Of a stretch of DNA of 64,000 nt, positions 37,766-53,125 are shown one piece after another (the stretch's first letter is position 1; each line of letters starts with the position of its first letter). The notes under the pieces were generated by a model. That model was not told the origin of the DNA, ran no database searches, and saw only the letters and a list, made by a program, of their open reading frames with translations. Source of the stretch: Octopus vulgaris (taxonomy: Eukaryota); contig OX597823.1 in the NCBI GenBank assembly GCA_951406725.2, positions 75,268,001 through 75,332,000 on the forward strand, read 5' to 3'. The translations under genes were made by a program, and so were the position numbers.

Positions 37766-40569
37766 TATAGCAAAATGAGATTTGTAAAATTAAAGCAGAA
37801 GAACTTTATAAATAATACGATAGTAAAGGTGTGAAAGTAAAAACAATAAAACTGTGATTTCTAAACTGTTCTACTGAAAAGGTCAACAAAATGAAATGTA
37901 TAGTGAAACGTAAATGAAGCAAAAAAAAACAGAACGGTGATATTTAGAGTAAGAGACACACAGAAGGAATTACAAATTAAGTAGAAGGATTAAAGGAAAA
38001 TGTATGAAGAGAGTTTTCAGACATAGATGTTATTGAAAGAAAAAAACATAGCGGTAAAAATAAAACATTTACCTGAAGAACTGCAACAGAAGAATGGATA
38101 ATTAAGCGCACATTGCACAAAAGAATCAGACGATGCAGAAATTATGACTGAGGGAGAGAAACTGAAAATATAGCATGTTACTGAATTTATTAAAATGAAC
38201 ACAGATGTTTTATGCATATATATATTGCAAAAGTTATAACCAATGTGATCTTGAGGATTAGTGTGGATGCTGTTCGAAACAGACAAATTAGAATACTAAC
38301 TGACCATAGATCTCATAAATCTTGACTGGTGTAGGGACAAGAAGATGATATATAACGAAATGTTTGAATATAATTTATAGATAATAAAACAAAAGAACAA
38401 GAATAAAGTAAGGAAATAATAGATGAAGAAACGAATATGTAGAGTGGAATATGGTAAAGGAGTAATTTAGAATAAAGTTTAATAATTGTTTCATTATAGG
38501 TGAAGCCTAGGTGAATGACAACTAGAAAAACACAAAAATTTAGGGAAAAGTACTGACAGAAAATATTGATATAAAATTATAAAATATCCAATCAGTTACA
38601 AAATAATTTAGGTGGTAGAATTTGTATAATGAGGTAAAATATTTCGCAAAAATGTAAGGACAATTTAAGATATATATTAAATGATTGATAGGTAGGCATC
38701 CTTCTCAGAAGCCAGAACAGTAAGACTGTTAAAACAAATGCAGGATGGCTTCCAGATATCAGGCCACATGACACTAATGCTGTAGAAGTGATAACAGCTA
38801 CATTCTCCATTATGGGTGCCTCGTGCTGAGACAGATTTTTCACAGTTTAATGCCAGCAATTACACGGCAGCATGCAGCATATTGTATACAGTAATTTGAA
38901 TTCCTTGTATTACGGTTGGTTAGGATTTTGGCACGTGTCAGTCGTTTATGGGAGCAATCTTAACATCAATCTTTGCGTGGTAATATCTAATCACAATGTA
39001 GTTATTGCCCATAACACATCAATGTCTTTAACAATACAGCTAACAGTAATTATAAGGATCCAGGAAATATGTCCGATGATATAAGGGAGCATCACAGTGT
39101 CATGAAGAACGAGATCTCCAATGTATCGATAATATATCGAGCTTCACTCAATGGTCATGAATGCCAGTAGCAGAATATTTCATTTCACTGCCTAAATTTT
39201 GAAAGTCATTGGATACAATGCTAGGTTCATCGTGCAACTAAATGTGTATAAATATGTATGCATCTCAAAACCTCCTCGGAAACAAACACAACTGAATAAT
39301 AACTGAAAATACGCCAATTCTTCACCCTTGACTCTTACTTAATTCCCCGACTCTTTTCTTTCCCTATCTACACTGTTCCTTTCCTTACCTCCACGGCCCA
39401 GACTGTTTTCGACCCCTCCATTTATTCTTACTTTTGTCTCCTCTTTATAATTTTCTTCGGGGATCAACTTAATAATGTTCACTGAAAGTCGTCGTTTGCT
39501 ATTAATTTGCTTGTATACACACATACACACACATACATACATAAACGCACATAATCACAAACATAGATATGTATATGGATAGAGAGATAGAGATGAATAG
39601 ATTGATATGCATTTATTCTCAAACTATCACACCTACCACTTTAAAGGATGAGTTCATGGTAAAGAGCATCATCTTTCAGCGTGTCTTACATAGGATATTT
39701 GGCCACATCTATCATTTTTGCAAGCAGTGGAATATCATTAGAAATAATAAGCCTAGCAGTATTTTGCGTCACTGAAAATCGTCATTAGGTTTAATTCACG
39801 GCGTATCTTGCTTTAATCTCCTTGAAAAGAACATAATAATTTCATTTTGATTTTAGTCCACATTTAAAGATGTTTCACTTGGAAACTTTTCAATTATTAC
39901 ACATTCGGATTTTAGAAGAAATTATCTCTGACCAATAACAATATATAGCTGTTGTGATTGTTGTCATGTAGAATTATAGAATATTATCTTCTCCAGAACA
40001 GCAATATCTCCTGGATCTCACAAACTACAAAATTCTTAGACTATATTTGGTTATGATAATTTGAATAAGCGGTTTTTAATTCCAGATTGTCTAATGTTGA
40101 CATAGTGATATCCACAAACTCCTAGTGATTGGACATGCTTTATACGAAAATATCTCTTAGCATTTCTCGAAAAATGATTTGTGGATTTAAAAATGATTTT
40201 GTATTTTAGATAAATATGAAGATATTCAATTTCTTCACATTATAACAATAATCCATTTGTGAAATATATATCAATATATGCCGATATGCAAGAATTTATA
40301 ATAGAGATAATATATACTTTCCAAGTTATTGCAATTTAATGAGTGTAAAGAAATAAACTCTGTTTCATATTTCATAAGAATGCTGTAATTCATTGCATAA
40401 TCTAATTCCTAAAGGCACTAATATTAAGAGAAAATATTATGTGTCAAGATACAAAATAATTTCTCTTTACTGAAAAACATATTTTAGAACGTGTATATAT
40501 GTGTGTTTATATGTGTGTATCTACGTATATGCAAGAATGCTTACAGATACACGACATTCACTCGTACAC

Positions 40570-41990
40570 AAATATATGTGAAGGTGAGTGTGGTGGAGTG
40601 GAGGGATGTCTCTTCAAGGTTAATGTGGGTTACGATGAGGTGGGGAGGGGAGATGTGGGTGTCTTTTAGTGCATATGGTTCAGGGATTGAATGAGTGAAA
40701 TAGAAATAGAGATCTGGGGAGAACTGATAGGGTGTGTGATGGGGTGGGGAAAGTGGTTATGTGCTGTTGTTGGGTGAGTTGAATATGCGAGTGGGAAATG
40801 AGGAAGTAGAAAATGTAGTAAGAAAATATGGAGTTCCTGGTCGGAGTGAGAGTGGAAGTACGTTGTTGGAAATGTGTATGGAGCTGGAATTAGTAGTGGG
40901 GAATAGTTTGTTTAAAAAGTGGTAGAAGAATAACATATATATTAATTATATATTATTGGAAGAAGAATATATATTAATTATATATTATTGGAAGAAGAAT
41001 ATATATTAATTATATATTATTGGAAGAAGAATATATATTAATTATATATTATTACAAGAATTATTTTTGGTAATTGATAAGGGAGTCGTAGGAAGGTTTG
41101 TGGAAGTGCCTATAAAGAGAAGTAAAGGTAGAGGCGTGTAAGATCACTTCTTAGAATAGGGTAAGTTGAAGGTATGCTCAAAATGGAATGCTAGACGAGT
41201 GACAGGGAGCAGTGAGGCTATAACGGTGAGTGAATTGGATAGGATACAGAAGGATCGGGAGTATGTAGAGAAACTGAGAGGTGAATATGAATGCGTTAAG
41301 AAACGAGAGATAGGAGATGTGGAGGAGGAGTGGGAGGCTTTAAGGAGGCAATAATGAGATGTGCTTCTGAGGTATGTGGTGCACGAGTGGTTGGAATGGG
41401 TGTGAAGAATGTTAATGAGCAGGTAAGGGATGCGGTGGCAGATGGGAGGTGGAGAGTCTTATAATCGCTATAGAGAAGTGAAGAGGAATGTGGAAAGATG
41501 GGAGGTGAGTGAAATGTTCGGTAAAGGGTCGGGAGAAAGAGAATTTTGTAAAAAATAAAAGTATGTTTTGGAAAGAGATACAAAAGGTAAGAAAAGTGAT
41601 TGGAGGAAGAGAAGAAAGGGTGAAGGATGTCAATGGAAATTTGTTGACAGGAAGTGAGGATATACAAACGAGATGGGCAGAGTATTTTAGCGGGCCAACT
41701 AAATGTGGAAGATGTTAGGGAAGCAAGTATAGGGACTTTAGGAGGAGAGTGTAGAATGTCTGTTGTTGGGGAATGGAACTACGGTGCAAGTGGAAGAGAG
41801 GAGGTGGGGTATTCTTTGCGGGAGATGGCAAGCCGGAAGGCACTATGCATAGAATACCTAAAGAAATGAAGGGTGACAGTGATTGAATGGCTCGTGAAGA
41901 TTATGAATGTTTTATGGCTGGGAAAGTGCCAGAGGACTGTGGCAGTGCCTGTATAGTGCCGTTGTACAAGAGAAAGGGGATATAACACAC
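40570..41990 (+). mobile_element. RTE-like LINE relic (endonuclease through pre-RT region), highly degenerate
   Basis: SSRLMWV...SAYG, LGELNMRVGNEEVENVVRKYGVPGRSESG..LLEMCMELELVVGNSLFKK, VKDVNGNLL...RWAEYF and ACIVPLYK.KGD. Purine-rich sense strand. Confidence 0.82.
40921..41053. repeat. 32-bp tandem repeat (GGAAGAAGAATATATATTAATTATATATTATT), three exact units plus one variant
   Basis: Units start at 40958, 40990 and 41022, with a variant at 40921. Lies inside the RTE relic. Confidence 0.9.
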
Positions 41991-42094
41991 GATCTAAAAG
42001 CACATAGACCCTAGCGTACCAGTAAGAAACTTGGTGGAAAAGTTGACCATCTGTGTAGAAACTACCTAATTCAGAAAGGACACATATATATCGA

Positions 42095-42420
42095 CAATAA
42101 AGATGGTTTAGATATTGGTTCGCCTATGGAATAATTTGAGAATTTGGTTTTAGGATCAACACACCTAAAACCAACACTATGGTTGCGATATGTTGATGAC
42201 TCTTTATTCTCTGGCCCCACTAGGAAGATGCCCAAGTGCTGTTTGAACATGTGAACTCAATAAAATCATCCATACAGTTAGCAATGGAAAAGGAAAAAGA
42301 CAATCAGGTAGCATTCCTGGACGTATTAATAACACGCACCAAGTATGCATTCAAGACGTCCGTATGCTGCAAGTCGACCTTCAAAAAGATACCTCTACTT
42401 CAGTTCCCACCATCCATATG
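42095..42420 (+). pseudogene. Penelope-like RT fragment
   Basis: DGLDIGSP, LWLRYVDD, FEHVNSIKSSIQLAMEKEKDNQVAFLDVLITR and FKTSV..K.T match the PLE RT pattern. Confidence 0.82.
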
Positions 42421-44680
42421 CTTTTCATATCTCTAGTGTATTATTATACCGGAACCTCTGGTGAACACAAGAAACGAACTTCAGTATATTTTCTATAATC
42501 AGCGGTTATATGACAACTTTATAATATAGTAAGAACAATGAAAAGAGTATTCCTTCCGTTGACATCTATAAGCATATTGGAATTGAAGGAATACATGAAT
42601 CATTTCGAATGCATAAAACATACACAGGTTTATTTCGACATCATATTTGGTTGAAAAAATAACGGAGAGAAAATATGTTAAGTTTCAGAGGTGTATCATT
42701 GCATATCTCGAAATTTTCGAAATACTAGTGCTTACAATTACGGCAGACATAGAGAAAGAGAAGAAAGTTTGAAAAGATATGGGTAACAAAAAACAAAGGA
42801 ATCATCTTTGAAAATCTGCGAAAAGAAATATTTTAGCCTTATTTATTTTGCTTTCTTAAAACTGCATTTTAATAATATTCTCTTTTAACTCATCAGGTTC
42901 ACTCTAAATATTCACGAACGCCTCTGATAGCTATAAAGTCATCGGGTACACATGATACTGTATTTTATAAAACTGCACGAAGAAATTTTCAACAATAGCC
43001 TTCTTGAATAATTTGCCCTATTCATTTATTCTGAATATGACTATAAATTCGTGCAATTATGGCTATATGCATGCATGCGCAATGTGTATGCACGTGTGTG
43101 TATGTGTGTTTGTATGTGTGTGTTTGTTTATGTGTGTGTTCCTGCATGTGTATAAGTATATATGTGCGTACGCGCATATACTTAGGGTATGGATATATGC
43201 GTTGACAAAGTAAACAAATGTAAATTCTTGAACTACTTCCTAAGGAAATGACATTTGAGGAACATTGAAATATGTAGAATATATTCTTTATTTGAATACA
43301 TCGTGTTCTATCATGCTAATATCCTGTGAACATAATATTCTCAAAGATCGATCATTATCAAATGTAAACATATATTAAAAATGATTAGTGTATTTAATCT
43401 AATGCAAGCCATAACACTTAGCAATGATATCTCGATACACCTTTGCATTCATCCTTAAACATTTTATATATTTATATATTTTATATATCCCTAAATACAA
43501 AAGTCATTTTTTTTTGTCTTGAGTAATCCATTCTACCTCGTAATTGAAATTATTTCAGATATTCACTGCGTTATCTATTGACAGTACCAACGAAAGGTAC
43601 CCATCCAGGGAATGCTATTGAAGTAAGGCGCTCTAAAACATTAGTTTTAATTTTTTTTTTCAAATGTTCCCAGATATAACTATTTTATTTCGTGAGAGTA
43701 TGATTTCTGACATCCTTGAATAATTTCTCCCATTTCTATTTCTGTAAACATTTGAAAACTTAAGATTACGTTTGAGTAATACATTTCTTCAATATATATT
43801 AAGTAATGTGCTGGTTACTTTTTAATTAAAATAGTTATTCCCCAATTGTTACAGAGAATTTTTAAATAACTATCTAATCTGAACATTCATCTCTATGAAT
43901 TTTCGGAAGTGTTTGTACATATGAGGCTACCTTAAGGTTTCAGAATTATGTTTAACCTAATATTTATTATAATATCAGCTCTCTACATCCAAATTAAAAT
44001 AGTGGTATTGAACTCATTTTCTGATATCAGTAGAACTCGATTCAACTAATGTAATGTCACCATTACCTTCTAGCCGAGCCGTCAGTAAATTTATCAACGT
44101 AAAGTATGGCCAAATATACTATTTCTCCCAGAGATTTGTACCACGAAAAAGGTAAGTCTTAGGCACAGAACGTAAGTAATATATTTTTATTTTAGTGTAA
44201 TTCATTCCGGATTTGCGTCATATATTTGGGCTTCACAATGACTTCTTACTAATATTATATGAAATCATTGATTACTGAATACTAATGGAAAAATAGCAAT
44301 ACATTCACTAATATGCTGACAGATGCACAATTTAAACTATTATCAATGGTATCAGGATACTACTGATAAGCCGCCAGCAACAAACGTCATATATTACGGA
44401 TATTGGCGGTAATATTCTTTCACAGTCGAGAATGTCTTAGATGAAAGGCAATGGTATTTATTTTTACTTTCATTTTTACTGCATTCAGCCAGAGGCAGCG
44501 GCCATGCTGAGGAATCGCCATTGGCATATTGTTAAAGAATTCACGAGCAAAAAAAGGCTTTCTTTGATTTTGTAATCCACGCTTGAAGGTATGCTGATAA
44601 CTAAGAAATTGAATACAACTGACTTCGAAGAAATAAGTTCAATGCACGCAATTCTCATTATCATATACATACGTACATAC

Positions 44681-44717
<37 letters not shown>

Positions 44718-44741
44718 AGTATGTATATGCATTATATATAC

Positions 44742-44779
<38 letters not shown>

Positions 44780-44794
44780 AGTATGTATATGCAT

Positions 44795-44850
<56 letters not shown>

Positions 44851-44999
44851 TAAATATAATGGTGGGTAATGCATACATTGAAATTATTTCTTATCCATGT
44901 ATGTATGTGTGATATGTGCATGTGTTTAATCTTATATACTTACCAATATACCCCGTGGGTTGACTTTTGCGTCTACGACTACTATTAGTAGCAATAGTA

Positions 45000-45032
<33 letters not shown>

Positions 45033-45603
45033 TTAATGGTGATTAAAATAATCCGTAGAAAGCAGCAACGACCACAAGGGTAGCAACAGCAAGAACACCT
45101 TTATGTAGACGACTTTATATGGAATGAAAGCGCTATTTGTTTATTGAACTAATTTGTTTGCGAGAAAATATTTTCGTTATCGCAAGATATCGTAGACGTT
45201 CTTGCGTTGGTGATCCTCACTCATTATTCGATCCCTTGGCACTGACATGAGAAATGAGAATACATTGATAAGAGAACAAATACCTCCCTAAACATCACTG
45301 CACTGTTTCACCTTAGGATGTATAAAATAAATCTCCTTTCTATATGTATTGCTTACGACGGGGCAGCAGTTGACGCTATGAAATTCGTATTTAATAACAT
45401 AAGAATTCACGATTTCAAATCGATATGAAAAACAATTTGATTCATTTTCATTTGTTTGCAATTTAATGCTATATTGTGTTAATCAATGTTATGTGTTATT
45501 ATGCTTGCGACAACAAGGCTTACGTTTTCACATAATAATTCATTATTCTATTCACTTTAAGACTTCACTTCCTTCTCCTCTTCTTTATCATGCTCCTCTT
45601 CCT

Positions 45604-45604
45604 T

Positions 45605-45636
<32 letters not shown>

Positions 45637-45672
45637 CAACAACATCATCATATCCTCATCATTATCATCATT

Positions 45673-45703
<31 letters not shown>

Positions 45704-45730
45704 ACATGTGTATCATCACCAACAACAGCA
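45604..45730. repeat. Compound trinucleotide repeat (CAC)n(CAA)n(CAT)n
   Basis: Direct inspection. Confidence 0.9.
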
Positions 45731-48700
45731 TCAATCTCCATTGCAGCACTTTAACCATCGTTATTCTCAGCGCCACAAACGAAAATGCCATTCTATAATT
45801 AAAGTGAATTTATGCATGATTATGTTTTCCTGTTCGTTCGAATTGTATATACGATCGTTTTAAATATCCTTTTTTTATTCTTCTAAGTGAACAAAATCAT
45901 AATCATTTTATTTCATGTCAACTATAATAAACCTTCGGATATTGTTTTGCCGCTGACACTTACCATTTGATTCTACTTGAAAGCTTTGTATAGAAAATAC
46001 TTTATTCAAAGCAGATCTCTATTTGTTTTGAAAATATTAATAATATATTTGAGTTTCATGTTACCCTATTAATATTGTAAGGATAAAATCTGTAAAGATC
46101 ATAGCCTATCTCTGAAATGATGGGAAATTTCATCTTTTGATGTAAACTATGTTATAAATTATGTTCATTCTATTCATTACCGTCTACTTGTATTACAGTG
46201 TTTTCAGTTTAATTGTAAATAAACCGAGTCGTAATTCAACATTTGTTTAAATCATAAAAGCCCAGTTGAGTAAATCGTGTATATATCGTCCATGTTTCTG
46301 TCATTAGACACCTATTCTGCCAAACATTATGTACTTATTTCCCTACAGCTACATTCTGTGTCGCGAAAAAGTCGTTCTGCATATATATATCTACTCACTC
46401 CAGATTTCCCTAGTTATACATCTACAATATATTTATCTTCCTTTGTGGGGCTAGAGTTATCAGAGTATATTTTCAAGTTAATATGCCCAATCACGGAATC
46501 ATCACTGACGAGAAATTGTCAGGGTGTCATCTACTGCTCTGTACCAAATCCATGACAATTACAGCACTCCGATATCCATGCCCGCGTAGCGCACATACTA
46601 TCGACTGTAGAGATATCCAACAGCATCGAAATAATTTGTCCCGGTACACATGAGCTTTGAGTACGTTCGATTAACCTTCTTTTTCGCTATTTATCAAAAC
46701 CATGCAAATTCGAAGAAAACGACAAAAAACGCCGCCAACAGTAGAAGTTATTCATAAGTTAATGATTGGATTAATGTTGTACTGGGCTTTCCTAAATCAA
46801 AAACAGCTTTTAAGAAGTATTCCTTGGTATATCTTTGTATGTCGACTGAACAACCTTCCTTGTGCATTTTACAAACATATTCTAGTGATGAAGTGAATGT
46901 ATCTGTTAACCATTGAGCTTTCTCATATTGCAATATGCCTTCATCTATTCATATACATGTAACTCCAATCTAAGTTCTCTGTAATGCAGGTCAGGGTTAT
47001 TACTGTTCAGTAATTCAGAACAGATCTCTATTTGTTTCTAGAATGTTGATAACGTTTATGAGTTTCATGTTACCACTTTTATATTGTAAAAACCATAGAC
47101 TATCGCGTTCGAATACCGCCTTAGCAGTATTTTCTGAAATTTTGCCGATGTATACACCGAAATTCTTTATAATTTCGCTCAGAATGAATGTTCCGACGAC
47201 CATTTTAGCAGCCCTTTGAAGTAATTTTTAAAGACTTCATGATATATATTTTTAGTGGAGATTTCGGAACAATCGTCACTTTCATGGGTTTGGTAACATC
47301 GTTGTAAAGAATGTACAATTCTGATCGGATATCGATCTTCAGCTAGAGTCTGAATTCCATTCGAATTTTCTTTGCATTCGTGTATTACTGCAGCAATAAT
47401 ACATATTTGTGCAAAGACTTCGCGCTTCGAAAACTAGGAGTACCGGGCAGCAATGAAATAAGAGATTCACCTTGAATGTTTTGGACGTAATATCGCCCTT
47501 TGTATCCGAATTACTATATGGGCATTCTTCCCTGCCGAATTCAACCACTGTCTATTAATTGTAAGCAATTGGAACTGATCAAGTTTTCGGAGTGTTTCTT
47601 AAATTATATTTATGAACATGATGTGTATTTCCCGGTGAATTTTCTCTTCACTTACGTGTGTAAAATTGCGTAATCATTTAACAAGATTTGCTTTTCACAG
47701 AAAGAAACACGAATACCTGAAAAGGCCAATTAAGACGCTTTGTATTTGTATAAGAGTATGTACAAAAATCACTATTCTACCTTAACGTTATGTGAATAAT
47801 TAAATAGTAATATTTACATAAGCCTAATCTAGTTGAAAGAAAACTTCTATCCGAGCAGAAGGTAAAGAAAGAGATGAAGTTGTGTAGCAATACGATGAGA
47901 ATTATCATTCAATCCATTATTAATGTTTGAATGTGAAATATGAAACTCGCACTATTTTGTTTATTTGTACCAGCCTTGGTATTGTAATTGCTAGTATGTT
48001 GGAATATTGTATGGGAGTTATATATGTGCAGCATTCAGAGGCAGTATACGCTTGTAATTTTCATCTTGTAATGCAGTTGTGTATCTCAAATGTTTTCAGA
48101 TATGTAGTATTGTTTGGTATATATCTAATAACTATATACATAAGATAACACGCTTTCTATATCTAGTTATATATCCAATAACTCCATGCATAAGTTAACA
48201 CGCATTCTATATCCAAGTAAATACAATTTACATTTGTCAGTTTGTTTCTAATTGCATGTTTAATAAAAAGCCATGATTTTCCTGCATCCACCTGTCTGAA
48301 GGTATAAGCAGCATTGTATTGTGCACTTTATTTTAAATGTCCTTATAAATTGCCTTTATAGGAAAGCAATATTTTTCCTCTGTTACTAAATCTTAATAAT
48401 TACCTTGCTAAATCTTACGCCATGCCCCAGAATTGATTATTAAGATATCATACAAGTAATCTTCTGATTCTTTAAATACGGTCATACATAAAGCATAGTT
48501 TTTAATAGATAACGTTATGTAAGTATGGTACACGGTGAATACAAAATTATGAGCATAAGGTAATTAAGATTATTAGTAAATAGATATGAGCTACTTGTAA
48601 TTGTGAACTTGGAATAAAAAAGAATCTGTTAGTGTTCAATAATGCTAACAAATATAGGACATGTTTACTTTGATAGGGCGTGTGTTGTATTCATATAAAA

Positions 48701-49559
48701 TGAGACCCTAACAGGAAACTGTGTGCAGGGGAACTAGATTAGATGGTAAGTTTCGCAAATAATAAAAACATATAATGAATATTAACATAAAATAAATAAC
48801 GACATATTAATTTTGGAAGTACACCTAAGTTATATCTATACAACCTGGGATTTTAGGGGCTCCGTTAACCTGGAGGAGTGTCTACTTCATTTCTGCACTG
48901 CTAGCGTTATGGCATGGACACTTTGCACATGTACAAACCATTGATAGTCAAACATGTCAGCATTATAAAATAGTTGCTCACGTTATCACTTGAACCTAGA
49001 TGTGTTAAAGCATTTTGTGGTTTATTTGAAGTCGTGCGTAGGTTTCTTTGCATAATGATTAGGCAATGACATGTTCTTTCTTATGATACGTCAAAAGTTC
49101 TGCCTCATGGTATTTGAAATCTTCGCCAAAATGAGAAACATTTTTCTCTTCCACTATTGCGTTATTTCCATCTTTCCATCTCATTAATCATAGTATTACC
49201 TCCAAATATATCTTCAATGTGGTCATCACTATCATTAGAGTTCTTTCCAACAAAGTTCAAACTGTCACTTATTGGTTAGTCTGTTGTCATTTACATTCTC
49301 TTTTCCATGTTTGCTACTAGATGAATGAGGAGCAATGCTGTACCAAAACGTTTGGAAAATAGATTTAAAAAAATCATGATGACCATGCGGTTAGCATGGG
49401 AACGACATGGTTGCGATACCAACATTTTTATTCTATATCAAAAAAACATACGCTAGATAGTTAATGTTGTGTCACGATATTGTTTCGGTTACAAAGATTG
49501 TATAATCAAATTGTGTAACAAGAAAACAAAAGCAACATAATTTTATACATGTTCAACTC

Positions 49560-49717
49560 TAGCCGTTTTGAGTTTTGTGAGCGATTAACAGGATAACTTT
49601 TTAGGAACCTTTAACACATTTCAGAGAAAAATATGCTTACTTTGAAAAGTTACGGGGAAAAATACACGAATGGCTAGCTCTCAGAGACCGCCATATATCG
49701 CGGCATAATAGGGTTAA
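49560..49717. mobile_element. Possible piggyBac-like terminus
   Basis: Ends ...CCGCCATATATCGCGGCATAATAGGG|TTAA. The matching left end was not found. Confidence 0.3.
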
Positions 49718-50004
49718 AAATTAAGTATATATTCTAATTAAAAATAATGCGATTAAGATAATATGAAAATTAAGAGAGCAAATAAGACATTTTGCTAGAG
49801 ACCAATTTTAGTGCAACAAATGTGTTTGTGTAATAGACACATGTATCAAGGCTCTGCCGCACAATGTCCCGACTTGGTTCGATTGCTGTTGCTTAACTGA
49901 CTTCTGATGCATACAAGGATGTATTATATAATTTCGATGCATATAATGATTTATTAGATGTACAGTTAAATAGCACAACCTCAATTTCCATGAAACATCT
50001 TTTA

Positions 50005-50541
50005 ATCTTCCTGTTTGGTGCGATTGCACTGGAGTCATCTACTTTGAGCTGCTTCCAATTAATGCAACAATTACTGCTCACACCTATTGCGAACAATTAG
50101 AACATTTGAAGAAAGAAAAAGGACTGCTTAGGCATATTACAATTGTGCGGTGTTTCATCAGGATAATGCTCGGCCCCACACTGCAAAGATTACATCGGAA
50201 AATGAAATCGAAGAATAGGTCTGGAAAGCATTCCACGCCCGTCTTATTCCCTGGATCTCTCTCTTCTGATTACCATTTGTTTAGAAGCTTACAGAATAAT
50301 TCAGATGGATTAGTATTTGAAAGGCGGAAAGACGTCGAAACTGACCTATCGTCCCTTTTCTCATCAAAACAAAATGCAATTTTTCACCAACGCTGTTATA
50401 AAAAATACATATGATGAGTATATTGGAAGAAGTCATCAATAATGATGGGAATGATGTACAGAATTAAATTTTCATAAAATGTAAAATTAGATCACACTTT
50501 TTCCTTACACATAATTCGGACATTACAGGGATAACCTGATA
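50005..50541 (+). mobile_element. mariner (DD34D-type) 3' relic with right TIR
   Basis: WCDCTGVIYFELLP..TITA..YCEQL, FHQDNARPHTA and YSLDL..SDYHLFRSLQN. Ends GGGATAACCTGA|TA. Confidence 0.87.
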
Positions 50542-51474
50542 TATAGGTATAGTTGTATAGTTGTAAATTTACACGCACATAAATACAAACAAACACACGC
50601 ACATAAGCACATAAGCACACACATTAGATAAATGAAACTCGCAAAGTTAGAAATAATAAAGTATAGAAGATTCCAGACACGAACGGCACACATGAAGGTA
50701 ACCTAAGTGTTTCTACTCTGCAAAACTCATCAAGGAGTATTTACAGAAATGCGTTGCAATCCTCGATGGAGAAACTGCCTAGAGTCGATAGAAGATAACT
50801 AACAGATTCCATTTCCTTTTGTGTTCCGGGTTCACACACACGCTATTACATATCACACACATTTAAATTGAGAGCTCTTCCAAGTTTTGAAACGCCATTA
50901 TATTAATTAAGAAACGTTTTCTAAGACTGACTACTAATGATTCAGCAACGTATTCCTTTTTCAGACAGGTTTCTGCAAAAATCTTGTTAATCAAAATTCG
51001 TCAGTGTACAAAATAAAAGATCAACTAAGTATCTACAGATGATACATAAATATCAAGTAGAGTTTTACATTCAAAGATTTACCAGGATCATCTGTAGAGA
51101 CTGATTGATTGTCCACATAGGAATGGTGAAGACAGTGAATAATATAAACTGCCAAAATTGGAATGAATGAAATACATAGAAGCTACAGATCGACGTTCTT
51201 GATCTTGATCAGAGTATATTAATTTCAAAAATGTAATTTGTTGACATAGGCAAATATGTAAGATGATATGGAAAAACTGAAAGAGTGGGTGTATCGGAAG
51301 CTGTAAAAAGGACATGTACGCAGTCACGTACAAAAATAACATATACACACATAAGCCTCAGATGTGATTCGTGTAGACGCATATATCTAACTATTTATCT
51401 ATGTTACCCCTTTTTCTGTCTCTCTGTCTCTCTACCTCTCTCTCTCTCTGTTTATCTCCCTCCCTCTCTCTCCC

Positions 51475-51619
<145 letters not shown>

Positions 51620-52939
51620 GTGTGTGTGTGTACAAACAAAAACCCCAAAGATTCCTATGACCATGGAAATTAAAACATATCCGTATATTCCCCTTGGCCT
51701 GATTACCTATATTTTAAATGTATTTTGAACAATAGTAACAGAAAAATGTCTGATATTTCTGTAGAGTATTATTTTTCTTTTGAATATTATTGTCCTTATT
51801 GAAACCATACGCGCACATATACCCAGGAGCATAGATATAGACTGCATACATATATACGCGTGTCTGACTTCATGTATGTATTGATCTATTTGCGTTTGTT
51901 TGTGCATGCCAAGACATTTCAATACGCATGCCTATATATATATATATATATATATATATGCATGTGTGTTTGTGTTCGCTTTTAGGTTTTCGTATGCATG
52001 TGATTGCATATTGCATGAACAGTATCTATGTGTTATGTATAGATGTATCAAGTTAGAAGTAAGATAACACGTCAAATGTAAAGAAAATGTATTGCAGGAG
52101 AATAAAAAGAAATGTATCTGCTAAATTTCGCAGAACAAAGGAAACATTTGTAACTTGCAATTAAAAGTTTTATATTCCCTTAATGATGGTTCCCTCCTAC
52201 GATATCACATCATTAATTATCAGTTACAAATTAGCAATAATTTCGTGCGATTCGTTATGTAAAATGCGACTAATACATGTTAGTGTGTACTGTTCATGTG
52301 ACCGTCTGAATATGCTTATAGAAAAGAAGTCCACATGTCATGGAAATACCTTTATAATATGTCGAAATACTACATTTAAGGAAAATTTTATAAATGCTAC
52401 ATATTATTTCCATTTATGTTGTGTTCATAATATTCTGTTTAAAAGTAATAGTAAATTTATATTGTTCTACTTATTCCTTACTTGAACTTATTTATTGGTA
52501 TAGGGAGCGTCGAGACATTATACCATTTATTGTTAGGAAGAATTAATTTTTTAAGGGATAACGGTGGGCAATAGGTGACAGAAAGAACAGAACTAAGAAA
52601 ATTGAGCGATAAAGTTCACTGTTCTTCACAGTACACTTATGCAGCACAGAGTTTATAACTAATAAACTTTCGGCATGAATTATAATCTTTTTTCGTTCGT
52701 TCTTCTCACTATTGACATGAATATACAACTGTTTCTTTTAATCCCGAAGCCGGAATGGAATTTTTAAATGAAGCAATATTATTTGTTCAGTCAGTTTTTA
52801 GAACGAGTCGGGAAAATAAAACGCAAAACTTATATGTTTCATTGGGATTCATGTTTTCAAATCTGATAAGTAATCTCGTGCATGACATATGCCTATATTC
52901 TCCCCATTAACTAAATATATTCGCAATGATAGCTCCTTG

Positions 52940-53125
52940 TACTATAGGTGCCGGGCCTGAAATTTTGGGAAAGTGTGCTTCTCGATTGCATCAATGCAAG
53001 TGTTTAGCTGGTGTTTACTTAAGCAATCCGCCCCAAGAATGAAAAGTAAATTCGAGATCGGCGCAATTTGAACTCAGAACGTAAAGGGAGGTGAAATGGT
53101 ACTAAGCATTTTGTCCGGGATGACA
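52940..53125 (-). mobile_element. tRNA-derived SINE (Nin/Deu-like), degenerate
   Basis: GGCCTGAAATTTTGGG...GAATGAAAAGTAAA...AATTTGAACTCAGAACGTAAAG...CTAAGCATTTTGTCCGG. Confidence 0.75.

Noticed and set aside
40921-41053. 32-bp repeat array as CRISPR-like
   Set aside because: The units are contiguous with no unique spacers, there are no cas genes, and the context is eukaryotic.
44031-44151. Possible + strand exon (open 40 codons, ending AAG|GTAAGT), plus a similar candidate at ~43559-43622
   Set aside because: The acceptor is weak, the peptide is unrecognisable, and such matches are expected by chance in 64 kb.
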